Source of the DNA: Patescibacteria group bacterium
GTDB taxonomy: Bacteria > Patescibacteriota > Patescibacteriia > UBA1558 > GWA2-36-10
Assembly (NCBI GenBank): GCA_028718865.1
Contig: JAQUKX010000001.1
Location: 64,067 to 128,066 of the forward strand
Direction of reading: 5' to 3'
DNA length: 64,000 nucleotides
Every line of letters begins with the position of its first letter. Position 1 is the stretch's first letter. A model generated the notes under the pieces. It did no database searches. It saw nothing but the letters and a program-made list of their open reading frames with translations, and was not told the origin of the DNA. The translations under genes and the position numbers were made by a program. Positions 40,002-49,139 of the stretch are shown in pieces.

Positions 40002-40661
40002 TTATGGATATTGAGGCAAATTAAAAGTGCCCAGCCGGTTAAAAGGCCAGCCTCTGACCCAGACCCGGCCGATAATGTTGCTTTTGGCTATAGGTCCAAG
40101 CTGGCGGGAATCAAAACTATTGATGCGATTGTCGCCCAAGATAAAATACTGATCATCAGCCAAGGCCACACTGGGATGATCCTCAGTGGAAAAATGACTG
40201 ATGTACTCCTCAGCTAGAATTTGGCCGTCTATATAGACGCGACCTTCTTTCAAGCTTACTTCTTCACCGGGCAAACCAATGACTCTTTTGATAAAATAAC
40301 TACCCCGTTGACGAGGATTTTTGAAAATAATCACCTCACCTCTTTGCGGCTCATTGAAGCGATAAGATATCTCATCAATTATCAAATATTCATTTTCATA
40401 AAAATTGGGCTCCATGGAAGCGCCCTCTACATAAAAAGGTTGAATGAGAAACATCCGCACTGGCAGAATAATAGCCAAAGATATCAAAACAACTTTGATT
40501 ATCTCAAAAATAAACAGGCCTATTTTTTTACCAAAACTCAAGCCCGGATCCTCGTCGTTTTGGGAAAAATTGTCCAAATCCAAATCATCAGGCTCAAATT
40601 CCGGCTCTTGGCGGGAAAAATGGGCAAAATCATTTTCCTTATCTTGTTTCTCGTTTTCCAT
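40002..40661 (-). CDS. lepB: signal peptidase I
   Basis: GASMEPNF and GDNRINSFDSR boxes. The longer track ORF ending at 40760 would start with TTG (per my position count) and covers the promoter. The ATG at 40659-40661 (MENEKQ...) is preferred. Confidence 0.85.
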   Translation of the reverse strand: MENEKQDKENDFAHFSRQEPEFEPDDLDLDNFSQNDEDPGLSFGKKIGLFIFEIIKVVLISLAIILPVRMFLIQPFYVEGASMEPNFYENEYLIIDEISYRFNEPQRGEVIIFKNPRQRGSYFIKRVIGLPGEEVSLKEGRVYIDGQILAEEYISHFSTEDHPSVALADDQYFILGDNRINSFDSRQLGPIAKSNIIGRVWVRGWPFNRLGTFNLPQYP

Positions 40662-40695
40662 AAAAAATAATAAATTAGCTCTTAATAATGGACTT

Positions 40696-40724
40696 ATTAT
40701 ACACAAAGACCAAATTAAAATCAA
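40696..40724 (-). promoter_or_regulatory. sigma70-like promoter for the lepB-hisS-rpsU-yqeY operon
   Basis: Minus strand reads TTGATT, a 17-nt spacer containing TG, then TATAAT. This is about 35 nt upstream of the lepB ATG. Confidence 0.5.
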
Positions 40725-40769
40725 ATCAAAAATAAGCGGAAAATAAAGGGAAAATAACAAAACCCAGGT

Positions 40770-40798
40770 TTGACTTGGCAGGTTTTTATTAGTATAAT
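40770..40798 (+). promoter_or_regulatory. near-consensus sigma70 promoter for the divergent LCP-der-pth operon
   Basis: TTGACT, 17-nt spacer, TATAAT. About 38 nt upstream of the ATG at 40836. Confidence 0.6.
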
Positions 40799-40835
40799 AA
40801 AGCTATTGTAAAAAACTCCAAAAAGTATATAGTTA

Positions 40836-42422
40836 ATGAGTTTTCAAAAAAGAAAAATAAACCTCTTGGAACCAGAGGGGGCTTACTTTGAACGTCCTGA
40901 CAAAACGCCAGTAAAAGAAGCCGGGCCTTCCGGCGATGGCAGCGAACCAAGATCAAAGGCCAACTCGAGAAAAAGACGAGGAAGCAGAAAGATTTCCTTC
41001 TTTTTTATATTACTGATTATTATTTTCAGCTTGGGAGCAAAGATAATATCCGCCGGCAATGATAGCTTTTTGTCCGGAGTAAAAAACAGCTACCTGCTGC
41101 GCCAAATCAGTAATATCATTTCTCCCAAAGAAAAATGGCTAAAAGGAGAAAAAGACGATAGAATAAATTTTGTCCTTTTGGGCATGGGCGGCGAAGGCCA
41201 TGACGGGCCTTATCTGACCGACACGATAATCATCGCCAGCTTCAAGCCTTCAAGCAAAGAAGCAGCGATTTTCTCCTTGCCCAGAGACATGATCGTGCCT
41301 ATCAATAGAGAATACCGCAAAATCAATTCCATTTATAGCATCGGACTCACCGGCCGCAATAAAAATGGCGGCGAACTGGTCAAAGAAATTTTGAGCCAAA
41401 CTTTTGATTTGCCTATTCATTACTATGTGGCGGCTGACTTCAAAGGATTTATGGAAATGATAGACGCTATTGGCGGCGTAGAAGTGGAAGTAGAAAGAAG
41501 TTTTGTTGACAATCAATTTCCAGCCGCTAATTACCAATACCAGAGAATAGCTTTCCAGGCCGGCTGGCAGGAAATGGATGGCTTGACCGCTTTGCGCTTT
41601 GCCCGCTCCCGCTATGGCAACAATAACGAAGGCTCGGATTTTGCCCGCATCAAAAGACAGCAAAAAATAATCATTGCCGCCAAAGAAAAAGTGACTTCTT
41701 TTGACACACTGATAAATCCCAAAAAAATCAGCCAGCTTTATTCAATTTTTAACCAATATACTCAAACTGATCTGGAGCTCTGGGAAGCGGTCAAGCTTTT
41801 TAATCTAGGCAAAGAAATAAATTCCCAAAAAATCATCACTCAATCAATAGATGACCGAGCTGGCGGTTATCTCCGATCAGGTATTGCCCTAAGCGGCGCT
41901 TATATCCTTCAGCCTATAGGCGGCAGCTATGACCAGATTTCTTTTCTCCTGCAAAATGTCTTTGAAATCAGCCCCCAGAACAATGAAGAGGCCAATATCG
42001 TCATTCAAAACGGCACTTTGCTACCCGGCCTGGCGCTCAAAGCTGTCAATCATCTCAATCAAATCGGCTACAGAGTAATAAGATATGGCAATGCCGAATT
42101 CCAGAATCAGGAAAAAACCTTGATCTATAATTATAATGAAGACAACCCCCAAACCAAGCGCTCGCTGGAAGCGATTTTTAAAAGTAAAGCCAACGACAAT
42201 CCGCCATTAGAACACTTGGCTCAAGCTGTAGCGGAAAGATGGCACATGCGCGATGCAAACAACCAATTGGAAAAAATCGACTTCTTAATCATCTTGGGAA
42301 AAGATCAAATAATCGATGAAACATTGGAGCTTTTGGAAACCATACCGCCTGAGCTTCTAGCGCCTACTTCTACTGAAGAAACAAGCGACGAAGAAGACCA
42401 AATAGAAGAAAACCCCAACTAA
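40836..42422 (+). CDS. LytR-CpsA-Psr (LCP) family cell-envelope phosphotransferase
   Basis: N-terminal TM. LCP core (FVLLGMGGEGHDGPYLTDTIIIAS...SLPRDM). Confidence 0.85.
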   Translation: MSFQKRKINLLEPEGAYFERPDKTPVKEAGPSGDGSEPRSKANSRKRRGSRKISFFFILLIIIFSLGAKIISAGNDSFLSGVKNSYLLRQISNIISPKEKWLKGEKDDRINFVLLGMGGEGHDGPYLTDTIIIASFKPSSKEAAIFSLPRDMIVPINREYRKINSIYSIGLTGRNKNGGELVKEILSQTFDLPIHYYVAADFKGFMEMIDAIGGVEVEVERSFVDNQFPAANYQYQRIAFQAGWQEMDGLTALRFARSRYGNNNEGSDFARIKRQQKIIIAAKEKVTSFDTLINPKKISQLYSIFNQYTQTDLELWEAVKLFNLGKEINSQKIITQSIDDRAGGYLRSGIALSGAYILQPIGGSYDQISFLLQNVFEISPQNNEEANIVIQNGTLLPGLALKAVNHLNQIGYRVIRYGNAEFQNQEKTLIYNYNEDNPQTKRSLEAIFKSKANDNPPLEHLAQAVAERWHMRDANNQLEKIDFLIILGKDQIIDETLELLETIPPELLAPTSTEETSDEEDQIEENPN

Positions 42423-42424
42423 TC

Positions 42425-43804
42425 ATGACCAATTTACATAAAGTAGCCATAATCGGCCGAACCAATGTCGGCAAATCCACGCTCTACAATCGCCTGATAG
42501 GTAAAAAAAAGGCGATTATTTCTCCTGTGGCCGGTACTACCAGAGACCGCAATTACGCTATTTGCTCTTGGCGGGATATGGATTTTTATTTGATTGACAC
42601 TGGCGGATTAGAACGATCCTATGCTAGCGCAGACTCTGGCCAGCTTGACGACATGGACAACAAAATAATAGCGCAAGCTCTTTTGGCAGCCGAAGAAGCT
42701 GATTTGATTTTATTTGTGGTGGACAGCAAAAACGGCCTGATGCCCAATGACTTGGCGCTGGCCAAAAAAATCAAAAGAAGCGGTAAAAACATCCTTTTGG
42801 CGGCCAACAAAGCCGACAATCAGTCTCTACGCCAGTCAATCAATGAATTTTATAAGCTCAATCTGGGCCAACCCTGGCCAGTCTCAGCTGCCAACGGTAG
42901 TGGCAGTGGCGATCTGCTCGATGAGATAGTAGATAATCTCAAAAAACAAAAAAATAAAAAAAGAAAGAAAGCCGCTGAAGAAAAATCAACTAGCATCAGA
43001 GTAGCGATGGTCGGCAAGCCTAATGTCGGCAAATCATCGCTGATAAACTCTATTTTAGGAGACAATAGATTGATAGTTTCGCCGCAGGCTCACACCACCA
43101 GAGACTCGCAAGATATCAATTTCAAATATCAGAATCAGCTGATTACTTTTATTGACACCGCCGGATTGCGCCGCAAAAGTTCAATAGCCGCGGATCCTTT
43201 TGAAAAACAAAGCGTGGAACAAAGCCTCAAAAGCATAGAAAAATCCGATATAGTATTATTGGTCACCGACGCTTCCCAAGAGCTAAGCTTCCAAGACAAG
43301 CGCCTGATAGACGAAACCCAAAAAATGGGCAAAGGCCTGATCATCCTGATAAATAAATGGGATCTGGTGCCGGACAAAAGCACCGACAGCGCTCATAAAT
43401 TCACTCGCTACTACCAAGGATTTTTCCCTTTTATCAACTGGGCGCCGATGATTTTCTGCTCAGCTAAAGAAAAAATAAGAATAAAAAAAATCTTGGAAAC
43501 TATTTTGGAAGTACACAGCGAAAAAAATAAATTTATCAGTGAAAACGCTCTGAGTAAATTGTTGCAGCAAATCATAAAAAAACATAAGCCGTCACGAGGT
43601 AAGGGAACTAACCATCCCTATATCTACAGCCTCAAGCAATTAGAAACCAATCCCCCTTATTTCACCATCAAATTATCTTTTAAATCCAGCCTACATGAAT
43701 CTTATCTGCGCTTCATTGAAAACAATCTCCGCTACAAATTCGGTTTTATCGGCACGCCGATAAAAATAAAAATAATTCGCAGCCAAAATAAATACGATAA
43801 ATAA
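42425..43804 (+). CDS. der: ribosome biogenesis GTPase Der (EngA)
   Basis: Two tandem GTPase domains (GRTNVGKSTL and GKPNVGKSSL) plus a C-terminal KH-like domain. Confidence 0.9.
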   Translation: MTNLHKVAIIGRTNVGKSTLYNRLIGKKKAIISPVAGTTRDRNYAICSWRDMDFYLIDTGGLERSYASADSGQLDDMDNKIIAQALLAAEEADLILFVVDSKNGLMPNDLALAKKIKRSGKNILLAANKADNQSLRQSINEFYKLNLGQPWPVSAANGSGSGDLLDEIVDNLKKQKNKKRKKAAEEKSTSIRVAMVGKPNVGKSSLINSILGDNRLIVSPQAHTTRDSQDINFKYQNQLITFIDTAGLRRKSSIAADPFEKQSVEQSLKSIEKSDIVLLVTDASQELSFQDKRLIDETQKMGKGLIILINKWDLVPDKSTDSAHKFTRYYQGFFPFINWAPMIFCSAKEKIRIKKILETILEVHSEKNKFISENALSKLLQQIIKKHKPSRGKGTNHPYIYSLKQLETNPPYFTIKLSFKSSLHESYLRFIENNLRYKFGFIGTPIKIKIIRSQNKYDK

Positions 43805-43808
43805 AACC

Positions 43809-44366
43809 ATGCGCATTATAATCGGACTGGGCAATCCAGACAAAGAATATTTTTACACCCGCCACAATTTCGGCTGGCTGACTTTGGACAGTCTGGCGGA
43901 AAAAAGAAAATTGTCCTGGAACAAGCACAAAAACAGCAATAGCCTGCTGGCGGAATTTAGTCAGGGTCGGGAAAAGATAATCCTAGTTAAGCCCCTGACC
44001 TATATGAATAATTCCGGCTTGGCCGTGAGGGCACTGAAAAAATTCTTCAAACTGCCCAACAACAAACTGATTATTGTCTATGACGATCTTGACCTGCCTT
44101 TTGGCAAGATTCGCCTATCCAAAAATAAAAACTCCGGCGGCCATAAAGGCTTGGATTCTATTATTGGTCAATTAAAAAGCAAGGACTTCAAACGCATACG
44201 TCTAGGTATAGGTCCTCAAGAAGGGTCAGCGGAAAATTTTGTCTTGCAAAAATTCTCCAAAGAGGAAAAAAATAAGATCAATGAAATCATTGATACCAGT
44301 CATCTGATAATTGAATATATTTTAGAAAACAGTTTTGATCTGGCTGCCAATAAATACAATCAATAA
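43809..44366 (+). CDS. pth: peptidyl-tRNA hydrolase
   Basis: IIGLGNP...YTRHNFGW signature. Confidence 0.9.
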   Translation: MRIIIGLGNPDKEYFYTRHNFGWLTLDSLAEKRKLSWNKHKNSNSLLAEFSQGREKIILVKPLTYMNNSGLAVRALKKFFKLPNNKLIIVYDDLDLPFGKIRLSKNKNSGGHKGLDSIIGQLKSKDFKRIRLGIGPQEGSAENFVLQKFSKEEKNKINEIIDTSHLIIEYILENSFDLAANKYNQ

Positions 44367-44372
44367 CCCCGA

Positions 44373-44517
44373 AAAACCCGCTGGGTCTTGTCATTCTGAA
44401 GCGAATCGGGCGTATGCCCGATGAAGCGATAGAATCTACCAATTTTATAACTTTGGATTCTATCGGTCGCTACGCTCCCTCCAGAATGACACAATGACAA
44501 GACCCAGCGGGTTTTTA
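44373..44517. repeat. 145-nt composite palindromic element with 27-bp outer stem and two internal hairpins; bidirectional terminator or MITE-like
   Basis: aaaaacccgctgggtcttgtcattctg pairs with cagaatgaca(caatgaca)agacccagcgggttttt. Inner stems are atcggg/cccgat and gcgatagaatc/gattctatcg(g)tcgc. U-runs lie on both sides. Confidence 0.6.
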
Positions 44518-44539
44518 TTTAAAATTATATTTCTACTGA

Positions 44540-44620
44540 TTACAAACTCATCAGCCAGCGAGCCATAGTACGCACGCCAAAGCCAGATGCACTAGCTGGG
44601 GTGTAGCTATCGACCAAGAG
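44540..44620 (-). repeat. duplicate copy of the last about 25 codons of the aminopeptidase gene; direct repeat with 46796..46875
   Basis: ttacaaactcatcagccagcgagccatagtacgcacgccaaagcc differs from the sequence at 46796 by 1 of 45 nt. It translates on the minus strand to ...SYTPASASGFGVRTMARWLMSL*. Confidence 0.8.
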
Positions 44621-44625
44621 TAGAT

Positions 44626-45531
44626 CTAATAATTTCTGAAGGAAGATTGAGGTATTTTTTCAAAATTCCATCTTTCTTTCCAACTTTCACCATCACGTGA
44701 TACATCAAAATTTTTTGCACCTAAATTTATAGCTTCATCAATATTTTTTATAATTATATATTTGCCTATATTAGGAAGTAATTCTATATCAGAAGCTGTC
44801 TCAAGAAAAAAATATTTATTTCTAAATAAAATTGAAATTGATATGCCTATTTTTTTTTCACCTAGCATAAAAGTAAATACATGATAGTTGTATTTTAGCT
44901 TCAAAAAATCGATGAAATTTTGTCTTTCATCTTTATCATTGAAGCTAGATTCAGCTCCCCATCTTTTAATCTTAAATTTGAAGTATATATCTATATCATC
45001 GAAGTTATTTTTAATTACCTTTATATCTTTTTCACTGATTTTTTTTATTTCTCTTCTCAATTTTCTACGGTGCTCAATAGAACCTTTAAATTTTTTTTCT
45101 ATAAAATCATTATGATCTTTTATGTTGCCTAAAGGAAGATTGTATATATAGTTTTTAATCTGTTTTTGTATTATAAAAATATGATTTCTTTCTAAATTAT
45201 CGAAATAGGCCTTTTCGTTGGCAGCTTCATAAAATTTCGGCACATATTCCTCCCAACCTGGAGTGATAAAAACTTTATTTTCATCCATATATTCGCCACC
45301 GAAAAATTCAAGATAACCTTTTTCGGAATTAAATTGCAGTGGAAGTAACCCTATATTCTTTTCTTGATATTCCCCCACAAAAAATTTTATTGGAAATTTT
45401 TTGTGGCTAAAAAAACAATAACGAAACTCCCAATCATCATATAAGGATTTTTTTGGAGATAATTCTTCCCAGATAATTTTTGCTTTTTGAATATCATCAA
45501 CTATTTTTATTATCAAAGATGATTCATTCAT
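44626..45531 (-). CDS. putative FemAB/BioF2-like (GNAT-fold) acyltransferase
   Basis: 301-aa AT-rich ORF resembling Acetyltransf_6-type enzymes from polysaccharide/peptidoglycan modification clusters. Low-confidence family call. Confidence 0.35.
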   Translation of the reverse strand: MNESSLIIKIVDDIQKAKIIWEELSPKKSLYDDWEFRYCFFSHKKFPIKFFVGEYQEKNIGLLPLQFNSEKGYLEFFGGEYMDENKVFITPGWEEYVPKFYEAANEKAYFDNLERNHIFIIQKQIKNYIYNLPLGNIKDHNDFIEKKFKGSIEHRRKLRREIKKISEKDIKVIKNNFDDIDIYFKFKIKRWGAESSFNDKDERQNFIDFLKLKYNYHVFTFMLGEKKIGISISILFRNKYFFLETASDIELLPNIGKYIIIKNIDEAINLGAKNFDVSRDGESWKERWNFEKIPQSSFRNY

Positions 45532-46642
45532 AGTCTTTTTTCATACAAAAAAATTTATTAACTTCATCGTAAATATACTCCACATCCCTACTTGATATTT
45601 GCCAATTTACTGGGAATACCAAAAAAGAAGTGTAGAGCTTTGTGTTCAGTTCTGAAAGATATGGAGTCTTAACCAAGTCCCATAAACGCCATGGGAATAT
45701 TTTATTTTTTGAGAGATGTTCTATAAAACTAGATTGAATTTTATCTTCTATAAAAACGGGGTAATAGTTTATTAGTGAGGATAACTCTAACGTTTCTCTT
45801 GGTAATATTTTAAAATTTTTATTTTTTATTTTATTAAAGTGTTTATGAAATGTAAGGATTATTGATTTGTTATGTTTTATTATTTTTTTAAAATCTATAA
45901 AATTATAGATATAAAAAGACAACCCTCCCATAGTCGCTTTATTCGGAGGCTCTCCTATAAATGAATTAAATTTTATAAAGACTTTTTCAGATATTGAATA
46001 AATTTTTGTGGAGTTAAAAATATAAATAAAAAAAATCAATACCCTATACATTAAATATGTTAATTCACATTTTATTTTATACCAATTAATCAATTCTACA
46101 TCACGGCGGCTATAGTGAAAATGGCGATTTATTAAGTGGGCTCCAAGTAGCGAACAATGTTTTCTTATGCTATCTATATAAAAATGATTTTCATTAATAG
46201 GTGATATTTCCGAAGTAGATAAAATTTTATGAGCAAAGTCGTCTATAAATATTGTTTCTTTATTACATAACTTGACGAGCCGTATTTTTTCCTCTGGACT
46301 TAGTGAAAATCCTAGAAAAGAATAGTTCAGAATTATTCGTGGCTGGTATTTAATTATTTGTTGAAAATAGTTATTTTTATCAATTGAAAAATCATCATTT
46401 ACTTTATAAAATATAATATTTAAATATTTACTAATAAAATTCAATGTTTCAATACAATAAAAATTGGGCATAAGTATAACTTCTTTTTTGCCGGAAATTT
46501 TATAATGACTAAAGATACATACTAAGGCATCACTAAAAGAGATGAAAAAATTATTAATCTTCCTCTCGCCTTGTAATAAGCCACCACTTAGTGTAAAAGG
46601 TTGTAATATAAGTGGTCTTAATACTTCAATTACTTTTTTCAT
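45524..46642 (-). CDS. divergent DegT/DnrJ/EryC1-like (fold-type I PLP aminotransferase-like) protein
   Basis: 372-aa ORF. EVILMPNFYCIETLNFI...IFIDDFAH aligns in pattern with the DegT region (EVIVPAFTFVATANAI...VIEDAAQAHG), but key residues are altered. Confidence 0.35.
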   Translation of the reverse strand: MKKVIEVLRPLILQPFTLSGGLLQGERKINNFFISFSDALVCIFSHYKISGKKEVILMPNFYCIETLNFISKYLNIIFYKVNDDFSIDKNNYFQQIIKYQPRIILNYSFLGFSLSPEEKIRLVKLCNKETIFIDDFAHKILSTSEISPINENHFYIDSIRKHCSLLGAHLINRHFHYSRRDVELINWYKIKCELTYLMYRVLIFFIYIFNSTKIYSISEKVFIKFNSFIGEPPNKATMGGLSFYIYNFIDFKKIIKHNKSIILTFHKHFNKIKNKNFKILPRETLELSSLINYYPVFIEDKIQSSFIEHLSKNKIFPWRLWDLVKTPYLSELNTKLYTSFLVFPVNWQISSRDVEYIYDEVNKFFCMKKDYE

Positions 46643-46795
46643 TTTTTAATAAGTAAACGCATACGAAGTTGGTTCCGCAGTGACCATAATATAATTTTAA
46701 CATCACGGAAACAAGAAGGCAACTTAAAGAAAACCAGCTCAAAAAGTTGATTTTCTCACATAATTAGTATTATTGAATTTATTATCTAGAAAAAA

Positions 46796-47764
46796 TTACA
46801 AACCCATCAGCCAGCGAGCCATAGTACGCACGCCAAAGCCCGATCCGCCAGCTGGCGTATAACTATTGACCGGCTTCTCGGCATACACTGGCCCGGCTCC
46901 ACCCATGTCTATTTTCATCTGTCCCATATTTTCCCAGGGCTTGATATTTAGTCCACCGCTGTCAAAAGTAATGCCCTTGCCCACTAGAGCTACTTTTTTC
47001 TTTGCTCCTTTTTGGGGTTTATAAACCAAGTGAATAAACTTAGGCGCTTCATGTGATCCTCGGGAAATGGCCAAAAAAGCATTCATCCCTAATTTGGCAA
47101 TTTCTTCTTTTTCCAAAATTTTTACTTTGATGTTTTTACTTTTCTTTGCTAAGCCCACTGCCTCTTTGGCCAAAAAATCCGGAGTCATAGTGCCAGCTGG
47201 TTCATTGACCAAATCTCTAGTCAATTTTATTCCCTGGACTAATTGACAACCAAAATCCCAACCTTTGAGCCAAGATTTTTTTTGAGCTGGATTAGAGTAA
47301 ATATAAAATTCCTTAATAGCTAGATTTCTTTTATCTGGTAATTTTTTCTTGTATTTTGAAAATTCATATGCCCCGAGCTTGAGTCCCTCGGCCATTGACT
47401 GTGCCAACAGAGAAACATCTTTGCTGCCTTTGAGCCAATACTGTAAATCTAAACCAATCTTGGTTGTCTGATATTTTTTAGAATAAAGAGCGATTTCTCC
47501 AGCTGCCAAGCGCCAATTTTCCGGAGCAAAAGACTTGCTTTGGCCAGTACCGACAAAAACAACTGTTTGCTCATTGTCATGGATAACAAAAATCTCCCCT
47601 TTTTTACCGCTAAAATTTTCTTTTTCCAGACGACGGCCAATAGCGGATTGATCTTCGTAGTTGAGACTAGTGATCAATTTTTTGGCGGCTGACTGATCAG
47701 CCAAGAGCGGATAAAACAAAACTTCCGCCTCCCCTGCTTCTTGCATTTTAAATATTAACTGCAT
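46796..47764 (-). CDS. pepA: M17 leucyl aminopeptidase homolog with internal deletion of about 190 aa of the catalytic domain; probably non-functional or a pseudogene
   Basis: N-terminal domain and VGKGITFDSGG...DMGGAG are intact. The NTDAEGRL box and the Asp/Glu metal ligands are absent. The C-terminal tail GFGVRTMARWL matches the PepA C-terminus. Confidence 0.6.
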   Translation of the reverse strand: MQLIFKMQEAGEAEVLFYPLLADQSAAKKLITSLNYEDQSAIGRRLEKENFSGKKGEIFVIHDNEQTVVFVGTGQSKSFAPENWRLAAGEIALYSKKYQTTKIGLDLQYWLKGSKDVSLLAQSMAEGLKLGAYEFSKYKKKLPDKRNLAIKEFYIYSNPAQKKSWLKGWDFGCQLVQGIKLTRDLVNEPAGTMTPDFLAKEAVGLAKKSKNIKVKILEKEEIAKLGMNAFLAISRGSHEAPKFIHLVYKPQKGAKKKVALVGKGITFDSGGLNIKPWENMGQMKIDMGGAGPVYAEKPVNSYTPAGGSGFGVRTMARWLMGL

Positions 47765-47857
47765 AAGCTTATATCTTAATAGTTTATTTTAATTAAAACT
47801 TAATTTAACATAATAAATAAAGGCTGGCAAATGCTCGCCTTATTAGACAAATAATTT

Positions 47858-48316
47858 TTATATCCAGCCGAAATCAATGCCAAAAATCCTAAACAGCAAA
47901 AATATCAAAAAAGTCACTCTCAAAGGCATAATCATGTGAACATTGGTCTTGTGATTCAAAAAAGTCAAAACCAAATTTAGAAAAAACATCGGCAGCCAAA
48001 GCAGAGGCGAATAAATAGCAATAACCAATTCATTCAAACGGTCGCAAATAATATCCAAGAAATATCCATGACGAGTGACACGATTATATTTCCGAGCTAT
48101 AACTCCATCAAGCCAATCCAAAAGCAGAGACAAAAGAATCATGGAAAAAATCCACCAATCGCTTTCCCGATACAAAAAAGCACTGACCGCAGCAAAAACA
48201 GACAAGACCGAGATAATATCCGGATTGATATTGGGCAAAGGCACGCCTTCGAGCACAAAAGAATCGGCCCAACGCCTGAATCTAATCATCCAATCGTATT
48301 TTTTTGGAGTTGCCAT
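47858..48316 (-). CDS. CDP-alcohol phosphatidyltransferase family protein
   Basis: The DG(x2)AR(x8)G(x3)D(x3)D motif is present (DWLDGVIARKYNRVTRHGYFLDIICD). The start at MATPKK (ATG 48316) avoids overlap with the rplA terminator. Confidence 0.75.
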   Translation of the reverse strand: MATPKKYDWMIRFRRWADSFVLEGVPLPNINPDIISVLSVFAAVSAFLYRESDWWIFSMILLSLLLDWLDGVIARKYNRVTRHGYFLDIICDRLNELVIAIYSPLLWLPMFFLNLVLTFLNHKTNVHMIMPLRVTFLIFLLFRIFGIDFGWI

Positions 48317-48330
48317 GATGATTTTATTAT

Positions 48331-48369
48331 AATTTAAAAAGCCGCGCTTTGCCAGAGGCAAAGCGCGGC
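48331..48369 (-). terminator. rho-independent terminator after rplA
   Basis: gccgcgctttgcc-agag-gcaaagcgcggc followed on the minus strand by UUUUUAAAUU. Confidence 0.75.
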
Positions 48370-48390
48370 GCAAAACTATTCTCAATAAAA

Positions 48391-49077
48391 CTAATTAACA
48401 GCTATCTTGACACTGGGTCCCATTGAAGAAGTCAAATGCATAGACTTGATATAGACTCCCTTGATGGTTTGCGGCTTGGCTTTTTTGAGCGAATCTAAAA
48501 AAGCAGTAAAATTCTCTGCCAGCTTATCTTGACCAAAAGATAGCTTGCCTATAATCAAATGAATATTGGCGGTGTCGTCGTTTTTATAAGACACCTTGCC
48601 TTTTTTCAATTCGCCAACTAGCTTGGCCACGTCCGGTCCAATAGTGCCGCTTTTGGGATTAGGCATCAAGCCCTTTTGTCCCAAGATCTTGGCAATGGCC
48701 GCTAGTTTGGGCATCATATCAGGCGTAGTGACTGCCACATCAAAGTCGGTCTTGCCAGTCTTTTTTATCTCTTCAATCAAAGACTCGGCGCCGCATAAAT
48801 CAGCGCCAGCGGCTTTGGCTGCTTTGGCCTTGGCTTCATCGACAAAAGCCGCTACTTTTACTGTCTTACCGCTTCCATGAGGCAAAACCACTGAAGCTCT
48901 CACTATCTGATCGCCTTTTTTTGGATCAATACCCAACTTAGCATGAACTTCCACTGAAGCATCGAATTTGACTGCGCCGCTTTCTATCACCAAAGCAATT
49001 GCTTCTTGGGAATTATAAACTTTACTTTTATCAATTTTACCGCGGGCTTGTTTTAAGCGCTTGCTAATTTTTCCCAT
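48391..49077 (-). CDS. rplA: 50S ribosomal protein L1
   Basis: L1 sequence from MGKISKRLKQ.... The ATG at 49075-49077 was verified. The upstream in-frame extension is unlikely to be real. Confidence 0.9.
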   Translation of the reverse strand: MGKISKRLKQARGKIDKSKVYNSQEAIALVIESGAVKFDASVEVHAKLGIDPKKGDQIVRASVVLPHGSGKTVKVAAFVDEAKAKAAKAAGADLCGAESLIEEIKKTGKTDFDVAVTTPDMMPKLAAIAKILGQKGLMPNPKSGTIGPDVAKLVGELKKGKVSYKNDDTANIHLIIGKLSFGQDKLAENFTAFLDSLKKAKPQTIKGVYIKSMHLTSSMGPSVKIAVN

Positions 49078-49111
49078 ATTTTTTAGTTTATAGAGGTAAT
49101 AGCGCCCAGAA

Positions 49112-49137
49112 CGACTAGATCCAGGCTCCCTCAATAA
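49112..49137 (-). promoter_or_regulatory. conserved leader motif between rplK and rplA; candidate L1 autoregulatory binding site
   Basis: Minus strand reads AUUAUUGAGGGAGCCUGGAUCUAGUCG. A near-identical copy lies at 49601..49627. It is 34 nt from the ATG, too far for a Shine-Dalgarno. Confidence 0.4.
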
Positions 49138-49139
49138 TT

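Larger units (their letters stand above)
44621..46795 (-). mobile_element. about 2.2-kb AT-rich (about 25% GC) two-gene cassette flanked by direct repeats of the pepA 3' end; probable horizontally acquired islet with no integrase
   Basis: Sharp GC drop from about 40% in flanks. The flanking direct repeats are about 80 bp and imperfect. Confidence 0.45.
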
